From a virus (lineage: Duplodnaviria; Caudoviricetes): 64,000 nucleotides of DNA. Each line of letters opens with the position of its first letter. Position 1 is the first letter of the stretch. Positions 30,957 through 41,017 of this stretch are shown in pieces. The notes beneath the pieces were generated by a model that saw nothing but the letters and a program-made list of their open reading frames with translations, had not been told where the DNA came from and ran no database searches. The position numbers were made by a program, and so were the translations under genes. The DNA is taken from IMG/VR virus record IMGVR_UViG_3300023235_001725. The stretch is one strand, 5' to 3'.

Positions 30957-32979
30957 TCGTATTTCTTTTTTGGATAAACACCTTTTTATCTTTCTCTCTA
31001 TAAGAGAAGGTTATTGAGGCTCCTTCTTTTATTTCGCCCTTGAGGACAGCTTGCGCAAAAGTGTTCTCCAAATGTGATGTTATAGCTCTTTTAAGGGGTC
31101 TTGCTCCAAACTTCTTATCATAACCTACGTCTGCTATGAAATCTTTCACACTGTCTGACACTTTAACCTTATAACCTCTTTGTTCAATTCTGCTTATAAC
31201 AACTTGTAGTTCCAAGCTAACAATGTCCATTATCTCGTCCTTTGTAAGTGGCATGAAGATTATTTTCTCGTCAATGCGGTTGATTAGCTCTGGTCTGAAA
31301 AAATTTCCAAGCTCTCCCATGATAAGTTTCTCAATATCTTCTTGCTCTGTTTCTTTTGCAGCAAATCCAAGTGATTTATTCTTAAACAGCTTATCAGTTC
31401 CAATATTTGATGTCATAATGATGACAGTGTTTTTAAAGTTAATCTCTTGCCCATGATTATCCGTCAGTTTGCCTTCGTCAAAAATTTGAAGCATAATATT
31501 GAATACGTCTGGATGCGCTTTCTCTATTTCATCAAACAATAGTATGGAGTAAGGTTGGTTCTTAATTTTTTCAGTCAACAAACCCTTGTCTTCATGGCCA
31601 ATGTAACCAGGGGGAGACCCAATCAACTTAGCGACCGATATCTTCTCCATGTATTCACTCATATCAAACCTAATGAAAGACTCTGGGAGGTCAAACATGT
31701 ACTCAGCTAGCATTTTGCTTAAGTATGTCTTACCTACTCCTGTTGAACCTAAAAACAATAAAGATGCAATTGGTTTGTTTGGGTCCTGTATGCCTACGCG
31801 AGACCTTTGGACTGCCTCACAAATTTTTTCAATAGCTACTTTCTGTCCGATGACTCTATCTGAAAGGTATGTTTGCATTTTCAAGAGCTTATTGCTTTCA
31901 TTATCTGTAAGCTTAGACACAGGTATACCTGTGTGGGATGCGATGATTGCTGCTACGTCTTTTTTTGTGATAGGTTGTTTGTCATCTTTTAAGGACTGCT
32001 TCCATTTTTCAGTCATATTCTGGATGTTCTGCTTAGTGCTTCGCTCTTTATCGCGAAGTTTTGCTGCGACTTCATATTGCTGCTTCGCTACGGCTTTTTT
32101 CTTATCTTGTTCAATCTCTTGAAGACCTTCTTCGGCATCTTTTAGGTCTTTAGGTATTTCTCTAAATCCAAGCTTTGCTTTTGAGCCGACTTCATCTAAG
32201 ACATCTATTGCTTTATCTGGGAAATTCCTGTAGTTAATATATCTATCTGACAGCTCAACTATAAATTCTAATGTTTCGTCTGAAAATGATACGCCGTGAT
32301 AATCTTCATAGCGTTCCTTTATTTGTTTTAGAATTTCAACCGTCTGCTTCGCAGTTGGAACCGACAGCATGACTTTCTGAAATCTTCTATCAAGCGCTGA
32401 GTCATTAGCAATTGTTTTTTTGTGTTCCTCTAAAGTTGTTGCTCCAATAACACGCATTGTACCACGAGCTAGCTCTGGTTTAATGATTTGAGATGCATCC
32501 ATTGAACCAGATGCACCACCAGCTCCCATGAGATTGTGAATTTCATCAATAAATATGATAACATCGTCATTTTTTACTGCTTCGTCAATAATAGCCTTCA
32601 TTCGCTCTTCGAACTGGCCACGGTACTTTGTTCCTCCGACCAAGGAGGACAAATTTAATTCAATAATTCTTTTATTGAGTAACCATCTATCAGTTTTGCG
32701 ATTTACGATTCGCAAAGCCAGCCCTTCGACTAATGCTGTTTTTCCTGTTCCAGCCTCTCCTACGATTATGGGGTTATTCTTCTTTCTTTTGTTGAGAATT
32801 TGGACCATCATGTCGATTTCTTCTTCTCGCCCTATTACAGGGTCGAGTTCTCCTTTTGCTGCTAGCAGCGTTAGGTCTCTACCAAAATGTTCTAATACCT
32901 GCGTGGAACCCTCTGTGAAAGAAGGGCCCATCCCTTTTTCATCGTCATCAGGGTCTTGAGAAAATGCTCGTCCTGCCAT
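30934..32979 (-). CDS. clpC: ClpC/ClpB-family AAA+ chaperone lacking the N-terminal Clp-repeat domain
   Basis: LDPVIGR, GEAGTGKT, KYRGQFEER, DEIH, UVR coil, GSTGVGKT, DEIEKAHPDV and GARPLKR. Confidence 0.9.
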   Translation of the reverse strand: MAGRAFSQDPDDDEKGMGPSFTEGSTQVLEHFGRDLTLLAAKGELDPVIGREEEIDMMVQILNKRKKNNPIIVGEAGTGKTALVEGLALRIVNRKTDRWLLNKRIIELNLSSLVGGTKYRGQFEERMKAIIDEAVKNDDVIIFIDEIHNLMGAGGASGSMDASQIIKPELARGTMRVIGATTLEEHKKTIANDSALDRRFQKVMLSVPTAKQTVEILKQIKERYEDYHGVSFSDETLEFIVELSDRYINYRNFPDKAIDVLDEVGSKAKLGFREIPKDLKDAEEGLQEIEQDKKKAVAKQQYEVAAKLRDKERSTKQNIQNMTEKWKQSLKDDKQPITKKDVAAIIASHTGIPVSKLTDNESNKLLKMQTYLSDRVIGQKVAIEKICEAVQRSRVGIQDPNKPIASLLFLGSTGVGKTYLSKMLAEYMFDLPESFIRFDMSEYMEKISVAKLIGSPPGYIGHEDKGLLTEKIKNQPYSILLFDEIEKAHPDVFNIMLQIFDEGKLTDNHGQEINFKNTVIIMTSNIGTDKLFKNKSLGFAAKETEQEDIEKLIMGELGNFFRPELINRIDEKIIFMPLTKDEIMDIVSLELQVVISRIEQRGYKVKVSDSVKDFIADVGYDKKFGARPLKRAITSHLENTFAQAVLKGEIKEGASITFSYREKDKKVFIQKRNTNAKNKAE

Positions 32980-33087
32980 TTTTTTATGTCTATTGTTATA
33001 TTGTAGTACAACAATAGACATAAAATGGGACAAATTCAAATTTATTCATGATGCCCACAAATCGTTTTTACGTTTGTGGGTAGTTCA

Positions 33088-33303
33088 CTATACCACCAGT
33101 GACGGCTTTAATTCAAAATAAATGCTGTCTTCTTCTTCAATTGTATGAAGGTCAAATTTTTTTTCAGGATAGTTCTTTCGAATTTCATCCCACAAAGAAT
33201 CGAAACCTCTTCTTCTTAGCTCGTCTGCAGTTGCTTCAAAAACAATCTTCTTTACACTACGTGTTATAATTTTCATAACCACCTTTTTAAAAGTTATCAC
33301 CAC
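33088..33303 (-). CDS. Hypothetical protein
   Basis: ORF. Confidence 0.55.
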   Translation of the reverse strand: MVITFKKVVMKIITRSVKKIVFEATADELRRRGFDSLWDEIRKNYPEKKFDLHTIEEEDSIYFELKPSLVV

Positions 33304-33698
33304 TGAACTGGCTTTGTGCCAAAGCGGTATTTCTCCCTTAATTCAGAATAGAATTGAGGGTTGCCTTTCAGTTGTGAAATCACCTTGTCGGCCACTTCTA
33401 AGATGTTAAATTCTGGGTTTCTCTGTTTTTCGATTTTCAATCCGAGATTGAATTCCGTTGTTGGAAATTCATAAATCTCTTTATTGTCAGCTAGTTGAGC
33501 ATAGTCCCACAGATAATCTGCTACGGGGTCTACGTCTTGAGGAACCTGTGTCGCCTCCCTTCCTTCATAAGGAAACTTACCCTTGTCGTTTGTCGCATAC
33601 ACATGGGCTTGCCCATCATTTTCATGAATTGCGTATTTCTCAAAAAGAGCACTTCTTACTATGGAACGGATTAATTTCACGCCTATTTGGTTTCCCAT
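33297..33698 (-). CDS. Hypothetical protein
   Basis: ORF. Confidence 0.65.
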   Translation of the reverse strand: MGNQIGVKLIRSIVRSALFEKYAIHENDGQAHVYATNDKGKFPYEGREATQVPQDVDPVADYLWDYAQLADNKEIYEFPTTEFNLGLKIEKQRNPEFNILEVADKVISQLKGNPQFYSELREKYRFGTKPVQW

Positions 33699-33761
33699 AA
33701 ATAGGCACGAAAACCTATTTAGTCGCCTCTATTTAGTCGCCTCTAGCCTGTCTATTTCAGC

Positions 33762-34388
33762 TTAGATAAAGTCAATCTTGTTTTGAGTAGTCTGCCCTTT
33801 ATATCCAACGTCTTTCAACATTTCCAAGAGTTTGACTCTAATTAGCTGCTCCCCGATGTTTTCAATCTTCATTTGGAGTGAGTTATACTCACCAATCTCA
33901 AATTGGTCCTTAGCTTCCTTTTTGTCATTGACAGATTTAATTAGGACGTTGATGGCGTCTCTCATTAAATCACGAAAACCTTCTGGTGGAGCAAACTCTT
34001 TGTTTCGGAGAATGTCATACTGAATAGTGTGGATGTTGGCCATCATTGTCTTACAAGGGCAATCGTGAAGCTCCCCTTTGTAGTCCATGACTCTCACACA
34101 GCCGTCAATCATATCTAAGATAATCGACTGTTCCTTAGTGAACACGATTGTTTCCTCTTGAGTATCTTGAGCCACAATCATAGATACAAATCCTCTGATT
34201 TGTTCCATATTCATTTCTCTCTCTGGAAATAAGAATGTCGTCTTGGTGATGGGAATCATCTTCTCTAGGTCGTTGTAAGAAGAGTATGGGACGATGATGA
34301 ATTTGATTATTTTACCATTGTAAAACATCTTTGACATTGATTCTTGCTCTGGTGTGAGGTCGAATATTCCTTTTTTAAACTGACTCAT
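33762..34388 (-). CDS. Hypothetical protein
   Basis: ORF. Confidence 0.7.
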   Translation of the reverse strand: MSQFKKGIFDLTPEQESMSKMFYNGKIIKFIIVPYSSYNDLEKMIPITKTTFLFPEREMNMEQIRGFVSMIVAQDTQEETIVFTKEQSIILDMIDGCVRVMDYKGELHDCPCKTMMANIHTIQYDILRNKEFAPPEGFRDLMRDAINVLIKSVNDKKEAKDQFEIGEYNSLQMKIENIGEQLIRVKLLEMLKDVGYKGQTTQNKIDFI

Positions 34389-34399
34389 GTTCGCTTATG

Positions 34400-35014
34400 T
34401 TAGTTGTCAAACCAGAAAACAATTCGGTACTCCAAATCTTTTTTTTCATTTGACCTATTATCGTATCTAAAAACTTCTTCTTTTCTTTGCTCCATCGCCT
34501 CAATCAGGCCTTTGAGAGTATCTCTTTGAGATTCCCACTTTCTAAAAATTTGGCTTGGTGCGTTTCCACCGTGCCACCAAAATTTAGGCATTTCTCCCGC
34601 ATCTACTCGTGCTGCATCGTCTGGCGACATAAACCCAGAGTATTTAGTCTCTTTCTGGTTTTTTCTGTATTCTTTTAGCTCTGCCAAAGTTAACCAGGAA
34701 TGCGAATGACCATCACCGCCCCAATACTCTTGTTGTTCCATGATGTACGCACAACAATCGCTAGGAATGCCTTTGGGTTCGCATATAAAATTATTATCCC
34801 TTTCGTTTCTGACGTTGGCCAAGACTCCGAACAAATCGTAATTCCTTCCTCCGCAGACCTCGACAACATTAAACTGGCTTTCACCTTCTTCGTTATCTCT
34901 CTCGAAGTATTTATTCATCGTGAACAGGTCACAATTTTCCCAAACTTCTTTGTCTTCATCCATTGCTGGCCGTTGTGGCTTGCGCTCTGAAAACATGTGA
35001 ATATCACATCCCAT
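34400..35014 (-). CDS. Phage protein with an MGCDIH N-terminus
   Basis: MGCDIH, RNYDLFGVLANVRN, GDGHSHSWLTL and RIVFWFDN motifs. Confidence 0.8.
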   Translation of the reverse strand: MGCDIHMFSERKPQRPAMDEDKEVWENCDLFTMNKYFERDNEEGESQFNVVEVCGGRNYDLFGVLANVRNERDNNFICEPKGIPSDCCAYIMEQQEYWGGDGHSHSWLTLAELKEYRKNQKETKYSGFMSPDDAARVDAGEMPKFWWHGGNAPSQIFRKWESQRDTLKGLIEAMEQRKEEVFRYDNRSNEKKDLEYRIVFWFDN

Positions 35015-35038
35015 TGCTATTGTTTTTAATGCTCAATA

Positions 35039-35064
35039 TACGCAAGAAATTGAATTAAGTTACA
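35039..35064 (-). promoter_or_regulatory. ECF-type promoter TGTAAC-N16-CGTA
   Basis: Exact spacing. Confidence 0.7.
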
Positions 35065-36025
35065 TTCCAAAATGAGTCTCCATTGAAGATTGACAAATCA
35101 TAAGCAAACCACACTGGTATTCAACTTGGCTATCAAACCCTTCTTTCACTAGCTTGTTTTGACTAATAGTCATTTCAGCCTTGAAATCCTCGTAATTGTC
35201 ATGATTCCTCCACGCATCAATGTAGCCTTGCATTGCAGATTGAATCATATCAGCCAAAGTATATCCTCGTTTGTGCACCATCCATTCTGAGGGTGACCAA
35301 AACTGGACACCTTTTCTGTCTTCACGGAACGAGTAGTATAATCGCTTATAAACCTCTCCATCTCGGTTTTTTTGCTGGAATTCTAAGTAGCGTTCGTTTG
35401 CTTTCTTATCGAAAGTCAAGTGCAAGTGAGCATCAACCAATTGCATTGCTTCTTGAGAACCTGCAAAATCCTCTTCCTTGGTTACCATGCCAATAACGAA
35501 CACTGTTCCCCCAGTTTCTTTCGCCCATTTAAGAAGCATACGAACCGCCTCTACTTCGCGCTCTAATTTTCCGCCTGGAATATCAGATGCAGCAGTTTGA
35601 AGTGAGTCCACAATGATGAACTCTGTTTTGTTTTCTTTTGTCAATTCCAAAAAAGAGACAAGCGTAGGAATGCTTCTCTCGTCGTCCAAATGAGCATTAG
35701 CATGGAAGTCCATGTTTTGATTACGAGAGCGCACTTTACCTGCGCTAGACTCTCTTTGATATTGTGCGGACTTCATGCTTTTAAGCTCACATTGTAGTTG
35801 AGTAAATAGTGTGGTTTTGCCTGCCCCTGAGGAGCCAGTTACAAAATACACTTGCTCTTTAACGATTCCTCCATCAAACGAAAATAAATCATTAAGAAGA
35901 TTGTGTTCTGTGAGAAAAACTTGTAAAGGAATGTCTATCACTTTGGTAGACGGCGTCAACTGTGGTTTTAATTGGTCTGCTAAGTCTTGTTCTTCCATGA
36001 TTATATTTATATAGTGCTCATTCAC
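35060..36025 (-). CDS. RadA/Sms-like RecA-fold ATPase
   Basis: GSSGAGKTT, IIVDSLQT, VTKEEDFAGS and RDG motifs. Confidence 0.8.
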   Translation of the reverse strand: MNEHYINIIMEEQDLADQLKPQLTPSTKVIDIPLQVFLTEHNLLNDLFSFDGGIVKEQVYFVTGSSGAGKTTLFTQLQCELKSMKSAQYQRESSAGKVRSRNQNMDFHANAHLDDERSIPTLVSFLELTKENKTEFIIVDSLQTAASDIPGGKLEREVEAVRMLLKWAKETGGTVFVIGMVTKEEDFAGSQEAMQLVDAHLHLTFDKKANERYLEFQQKNRDGEVYKRLYYSFREDRKGVQFWSPSEWMVHKRGYTLADMIQSAMQGYIDAWRNHDNYEDFKAEMTISQNKLVKEGFDSQVEYQCGLLMICQSSMETHFGM

Positions 36026-36029
36026 AGTA

Positions 36030-36055
36030 TACGGTGAGAATTTAAAAAGGTTACA
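36030..36055 (-). promoter_or_regulatory. ECF-type promoter TGTAAC-N16-CGTA
   Basis: Exact spacing; nearly leaderless to the ATG at 36025. Confidence 0.7.
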
Positions 36056-36607
36056 TTAGGCTTCTGTGATATGCTCTGTGGTGAATAAATATCTCACTTT
36101 CTGATTTTTCCAGTAGGCTAATTTTTCATCCTGGGCCTGGCGTGTGATGTTGATTTTCGTTAGGAATCCCATGCAATCATCCTCTAAGGCAAATCCTGCA
36201 TAGATAGACTTAGGGTGTTCGGGAAGGAATATACAAAACATATCGAATTCCAAAACGTCTGAGCCGTTGGCTCCTTTGGCTTCTTGAAGTTGCTCTGCTA
36301 CAATCTTTTCTCGGTCGTAATCGTTTACGTCATTGTTAGACATGTAATTCCAAGCAGTCTTTACACCTTCTGGGAGGTCTACTACTCTCGTTCCGTCTAC
36401 TCTGTACCAGATTATTCCGTAATCCGTTAACAGTCTCAACTGGTCCTTATCGACTCTATCCACGATTAGAATCCAGGTCTTCTTAGTTTTGTTTGGCGCT
36501 CCTCTTGTTGCTCTTATAACGGAGCCATCGGAAAACAACTTGCTTCGCTCTGGGCGAACTTTCTTCAGGGCCCTATCGCGCCACCATTTTGTTGAAAATA
36601 TCCGCAT
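36056..36607 (-). CDS. Hypothetical protein
   Basis: ORF. Confidence 0.65.
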   Translation of the reverse strand: MRIFSTKWWRDRALKKVRPERSKLFSDGSVIRATRGAPNKTKKTWILIVDRVDKDQLRLLTDYGIIWYRVDGTRVVDLPEGVKTAWNYMSNNDVNDYDREKIVAEQLQEAKGANGSDVLEFDMFCIFLPEHPKSIYAGFALEDDCMGFLTKINITRQAQDEKLAYWKNQKVRYLFTTEHITEA

Positions 36608-37389
36608 TATGCTTTCTGAGGTTTAGGGAGAACAATAGTTTGAATGAATTTAAATGGGGTGTTGGTTGTCGATTCCCAAGAGATAATGTCTCCTATGTCT
36701 CTGCTTCCTTCGTAAAGTGGGTAGTCAAACGCAGCATAGTTGGTTGCATCTTTAGGCTTCACCTCTTGACCAGTGTTCCATTTGTATTTTTTGATTCCAT
36801 GCTCAATCTTGAGCGAGATGGTGTCTAGCTTAGGGAACAGCTCGTCGAACTGCTTTTTGCTCAAGAATTCCTCCTGGCCTTCAATCCTAACTCCAACTAA
36901 CCCGTTGAAGTTATCATCCCAATCTTTATCTGATTTTCTCTCAAAAACAAAGTCCACTATTGGAACTTCTTGTTGATGCAGGTCCCAGTAGAGCCTAAAG
37001 GTTTTTTGAAATGAGTCGTTTTGGTCCAAGTGAATCATTGTCCAAATTAAGCTTTCGATGTGGCCGTCAATATGCTCGTCAATGACTGCTCTTGTTCTTC
37101 CTTTCTTTTTCCCTTCCACATCTGGAACTGGAACTTCTTTAGTTCGTACAAAACAGCTAAAAATATCTCCTTGGCGCAATCCTTTGTGGAAGCCTTGAAA
37201 TGCGTCTTCTGAGTTTTCCCAGTGCCCTGGTTCTGGTTTCATGTAACAGGAGAGCATCTTATTGAAATTGGCCTCACCCATCATTTTCATGAATGTGCCC
37301 CACACACCAATTATGTCATGCGCATGCGCATCTGAATGATGGTTCATTTCATCTTCTATGCGCTTTTGAAACTTTTTGTATAAACTCAT
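36607..37389 (-). CDS. Hypothetical protein
   Basis: ORF. Confidence 0.7.
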   Translation of the reverse strand: MSLYKKFQKRIEDEMNHHSDAHAHDIIGVWGTFMKMMGEANFNKMLSCYMKPEPGHWENSEDAFQGFHKGLRQGDIFSCFVRTKEVPVPDVEGKKKGRTRAVIDEHIDGHIESLIWTMIHLDQNDSFQKTFRLYWDLHQQEVPIVDFVFERKSDKDWDDNFNGLVGVRIEGQEEFLSKKQFDELFPKLDTISLKIEHGIKKYKWNTGQEVKPKDATNYAAFDYPLYEGSRDIGDIISWESTTNTPFKFIQTIVLPKPQKA

Positions 37390-37410
37390 AAGACTGATTT
37401 ATTATCAATA

Positions 37411-37436
37411 TACGAGCCTCAGCTTAAAAAGTTTCA
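37411..37436 (-). promoter_or_regulatory. ECF-type promoter TGAAAC-N16-CGTA
   Basis: Exact spacing. Confidence 0.72.
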
Positions 37437-37742
37437 CCTTTTCTTGTTAGCGTCCATCTCTTCCCATGTTATTAGCCTTTCTGTATCTGGCTGGTCCACC
37501 ATCTCAATCATATTAAGACGTTCTGAAATTCTAATCATCTGACTCACGTGCCCTAGGTCATCGTAGAACTTTTTGCAACAAACCCCTTCTTTTCCTTCCC
37601 CTGTCATGTCTTTATGGCAAGTGAAATACGTTTGCTCTTTTACACATGTTTGAATGATTTCACTAGCTCGTTCTGGAGAGACAATTCTGTTTTTTGTGAG
37701 CAAGCAGTTTTTGCACGGACGTTTGTATACTTTGAATCCCAT
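37434..37742 (-). CDS. Cys-rich hypothetical protein
   Basis: PCKNCL, FTCHK and VCCKKF motifs. Confidence 0.65.
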   Translation of the reverse strand: MGFKVYKRPCKNCLLTKNRIVSPERASEIIQTCVKEQTYFTCHKDMTGEGKEGVCCKKFYDDLGHVSQMIRISERLNMIEMVDQPDTERLITWEEMDANKKR

Positions 37743-37746
37743 ATCC

Positions 37747-38181
37747 TTATTTTCCTTTTAGAATGGCCAATTCGTTTTCTAATTGTTTAATCCTGGATTC
37801 GTTTCGTGAAAGCTGATGCTTCTCTTCATGCAAATCTGCCGTGGCAATATCCTCTTGAGTAGATAATCGGAGCACTCCATAGTCAAACATATACCCACTG
37901 TGGTCGGAATGATGTTCAATTTTTACGTGGGTTGCTCCTTTGGATTTAAAGTCAGCAAGAAGCTTTTCTATTTGTTCAATAGAGACCCACGCCCCTCCTG
38001 CAGTTAGGTATCTATTGAGAATCTCACCATCTTTATCAAGGCGAATCTCACGCTTACAGTAAACGCAATCTGCGCCTGGCTCATTCCAGCCAGGGAGAGA
38101 CTCTCTGGTTTCGAAATCTAAGTCAGAAATCTCGGTGTCTCCGAAAATTTGAACTGTCAAACATTTTTCTATATCTCCCAT
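37747..38181 (-). CDS. Hypothetical protein
   Basis: ORF. Confidence 0.65.
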   Translation of the reverse strand: MGDIEKCLTVQIFGDTEISDLDFETRESLPGWNEPGADCVYCKREIRLDKDGEILNRYLTAGGAWVSIEQIEKLLADFKSKGATHVKIEHHSDHSGYMFDYGVLRLSTQEDIATADLHEEKHQLSRNESRIKQLENELAILKGK

Positions 38182-39263
38182 TATGACATCTTGTATTTGA
38201 AGTCGTGGCCCGCTTTCAATTGAATTAAAAACTCGTACATTGATGCGATAACACTTTTTACATCTTCTTTATGTACAGTCTCAACTGTTGTGTGCATGTA
38301 TTTTAGCGGGAAAGACATTAGAACAGATGCTGTTCCTTCACCAGCATAAGCAATTGCGTCTGTATCTGTTCCAGTGTGGTTAGAAGACGCTGCTAACTGA
38401 TACGGGATGGCGTTGCTGTCACAAACCTCTCGAACCATTTTAAGAAGATTATTTTGAACCGCTGGAGCGATAGTCAACACACCGCCTTGCCCAGCCTCAA
38501 ACAAGCCTTGTTTTGACGAGTTGTATGCTGGTGACGTGGTTTCGTGACAAACATCCACTACGAACGCCACATCGGGCTCTATTCGCTTCGCAACCATACC
38601 TGCTCCACGCAAACCAATCTCCTCTTGTACGGCGTTCACCACACAAAGCTTAAATGGTAATTCCACATTGTTCTCCTTCAAGAGTCTTGCGACTTCCGCT
38701 ATTGCAAATCCGCCAATCTTGTTGTCGAGAGCTTTTGCGGTGAAGTAATCTTTTCCGAGCCTCATGAAGTCCGCTTGGAATGTGATGATGGTTCCTACTT
38801 CGATTCCCATTTTCTCGGCATCCTTCTTATTTTTTGCTCCGATGTCCACAAAGATGCTTTCCAATGTCGATTCTTTCGCTCGCCCTTTTACATGAATTGC
38901 TGGATGACCGAACACTCCTTGAATTTTTCCTTTGGTTCCCCATACATCTACTCGCATAGATGGGGCTATTTGAGTATCGCTTCCTCCGTTGCGAATCACT
39001 TTAAGATAACCTCGGCTGTCAACTTGTTGAACATACCAAGCAATCTCGTCAGCATGGGCCTCAATCATTACTGTGTAATCGGAATCCATATCTCCCATTT
39101 CGGCTATGGCGCTTCCATATGTGTCCAGGTAAACATTATCCACGTAATCTGAAATGTGTTTTACCCACACTTGCTGTCCACCCATCTGAACTTCAAACCC
39201 ACTAGGCGAGCATGTGTTCAGGTATTCTTTTAAAAATTTCTTTTGGAGTTTTATTTTCGTCAT
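38181..39263 (-). CDS. M42-family metallo-aminopeptidase
   Basis: AHADEI, KALDNKIG, QEEIGLRGA, VDVCH, GTDTDA and KYMHT motifs. Confidence 0.92.
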   Translation of the reverse strand: MTKIKLQKKFLKEYLNTCSPSGFEVQMGGQQVWVKHISDYVDNVYLDTYGSAIAEMGDMDSDYTVMIEAHADEIAWYVQQVDSRGYLKVIRNGGSDTQIAPSMRVDVWGTKGKIQGVFGHPAIHVKGRAKESTLESIFVDIGAKNKKDAEKMGIEVGTIITFQADFMRLGKDYFTAKALDNKIGGFAIAEVARLLKENNVELPFKLCVVNAVQEEIGLRGAGMVAKRIEPDVAFVVDVCHETTSPAYNSSKQGLFEAGQGGVLTIAPAVQNNLLKMVREVCDSNAIPYQLAASSNHTGTDTDAIAYAGEGTASVLMSFPLKYMHTTVETVHKEDVKSVIASMYEFLIQLKAGHDFKYKMS

Positions 39264-39709
39264 TTAGTAAGGTTATTGTTGAGCTCCTTTAAACCATCAT
39301 CGATGGATTTGAGTAATTCTATATCTTTTGGAGTCTCCTCAGTCTTGTCGTCTGGGTCCTCTCGGCGAGCCTTATATAGGTTATATCCTTTTACTACAAA
39401 ATACATTACCAAAGCTACAATTAAAAAGTCAATTGCAACCTCTATAAACTGTCCATAATTTATCGACACCGCTTCTTTTATGACGTCTCCATTTAGTTTT
39501 GTTTCATTCCTTAATGTTAATTGCATATCAGCAAAATTTGCATAAGATGTAAACAAAGAGAAAGGAGGCATTATAATGTCTTTGACTAAAGAATTAATTA
39601 AGACACTGAATTTCATTCCGACTATGATTCCCACGACCATGTCTACGAAGTTCGCTTTGAGAGCAAACTTTTTAAATTCGGATACAAACTTTTTAACTGG
39701 GGCCATCAT
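39260..39709 (-). CDS. mscL: Large-conductance mechanosensitive channel
   Basis: EFKKFALKANFVDMVVGIIVG, SLVKDIIMPP and NYGQFI...DFLIVA motifs. Confidence 0.93.
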   Translation of the reverse strand: MMAPVKKFVSEFKKFALKANFVDMVVGIIVGMKFSVLINSLVKDIIMPPFSLFTSYANFADMQLTLRNETKLNGDVIKEAVSINYGQFIEVAIDFLIVALVMYFVVKGYNLYKARREDPDDKTEETPKDIELLKSIDDGLKELNNNLTK

Positions 39710-40053
39710 ACTGCGTATTCATCGCAGAAATCAAAAGTGAGTTCAAGCTCTGGGTCTTCCGCTGCTGCGTATTTTGCTTTGAACTGGTTTTCTTCGCAAA
39801 AATCAAGAAAGTTTTTGACCAGGTTTGCTGAATCAAACTCTTGGCCCTTGTCGAACAACCGTCGCACGATTGGGAACATCACCATTGCAGGATTAACTGT
39901 TATCGACTTCACCTGTTTAATCATTTTTTCATAGCCTGGAGATAGAAGAAAATTCTTCATCGCCTCCATCTTGCTTGTGCATGCTACTTTTTTCGAATCA
40001 TTGAGATGGTTAAGTAGTCCTGACTTCTCCCATAGCTCCATTATTTTATTCAT
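39706..40053 (-). CDS. Hypothetical protein
   Basis: ORF. Confidence 0.65.
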   Translation of the reverse strand: MNKIMELWEKSGLLNHLNDSKKVACTSKMEAMKNFLLSPGYEKMIKQVKSITVNPAMVMFPIVRRLFDKGQEFDSANLVKNFLDFCEENQFKAKYAAAEDPELELTFDFCDEYAV

Positions 40054-40483
40054 TCCAAGGTGTTTTTTTACAAATTTCTATTACCTTCTTGCATCTATTT
40101 ACAGAAAACATGCCTATGTGACACAATGCTTTGGGGATTCCCATTTTCTTTCTAAGCCAACTGTAGGCTTCTCTTCTGTTCCAGTTCTTTCTCCTCTCGT
40201 AAGCAATGGGGTCGAAAGCCGCGTGGGCTTGCTTCCTCCAGTTGCGAAGCTCTCCTTTGGCAACACTGCCTAAGCTCTCCTTTGAGGTCTTATGGTGAAC
40301 CCCAACATAAGCATCACAGGGCTCGCATAAATACATCATCCCATAACTACGACCATACACAAGGGATGAATCCACGTATTTTGTTTCGCCTTTGCAGTAA
40401 GGACACTTCTTTCCTCGAAGTATTTCAAAGTCCGCCCCCAAATGTTCGCATGCACTCTTTAATTCTGCATCATCTATTTCCAT
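40046..40483 (-). CDS. DUF3268-like zinc-finger protein
   Basis: CPYC, YLCEPCDAYVGVH, HAAFDP and CHIGMF motifs. Confidence 0.85.
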   Translation of the reverse strand: MEIDDAELKSACEHLGADFEILRGKKCPYCKGETKYVDSSLVYGRSYGMMYLCEPCDAYVGVHHKTSKESLGSVAKGELRNWRKQAHAAFDPIAYERRKNWNRREAYSWLRKKMGIPKALCHIGMFSVNRCKKVIEICKKTPWNE

Positions 40484-40500
40484 AAGTCTCTACTCTGTAT

Positions 40501-40962
40501 CTATGACGGGTCGCGCACTTCCGACCAAACTTTACTATTTAACCCTCTCTTGTATGTGGTCCCAAATCTGATTGGAGACGCCATGTTTGTTAATGCGATT
40601 TGCATCACAATCTTCGTCTCTTGAAATACTCGATACATTCGGAAATAATTCTCCTTGTACCAGGCTTTGTATTCCTCTAAATCCATTTTTGAAAACTCTT
40701 CCTGGGTCTTCTCTCCCATTTCTATTGCAATATCTTGGTCCCACGGTTTATTTCCGAACGGACGCTTATCGTCTGTACAGAATATACCTTCGTAGCAAAC
40801 GTCGTAGTCTGCTCCAAATGTGATATCTATTCTTGATGCTAATTGGATGTGGTGGGGTTCGATTCTAAACTCCTGCGCATTTTCGAGCTCTGCACTAATA
40901 GAATTCTTTTGTGCGTCTAATGTTATAAGCTCGTCTTCTTTCCAAATTTCTCTAAACCACAT
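40501..40962 (-). CDS. Hypothetical protein
   Basis: ORF. Confidence 0.65.
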   Translation of the reverse strand: MWFREIWKEDELITLDAQKNSISAELENAQEFRIEPHHIQLASRIDITFGADYDVCYEGIFCTDDKRPFGNKPWDQDIAIEMGEKTQEEFSKMDLEEYKAWYKENYFRMYRVFQETKIVMQIALTNMASPIRFGTTYKRGLNSKVWSEVRDPS

Positions 40963-40991
40963 AAGGGGACATTTTTAGTGTGCCTCCAATA

Positions 40992-41017
40992 TACGGTAGA
41001 ATTCAGAAAAGGTTTCA
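40992..41017 (-). promoter_or_regulatory. ECF-type promoter TGAAAC-N16-CGTA
   Basis: Exact spacing. Confidence 0.72.

Noticed and set aside
33714-33745. Short direct repeat CTATTTAGTCGCCT x2
   Set aside because: Only two copies in a small intergenic gap; consistent with slippage and no function is supportable.
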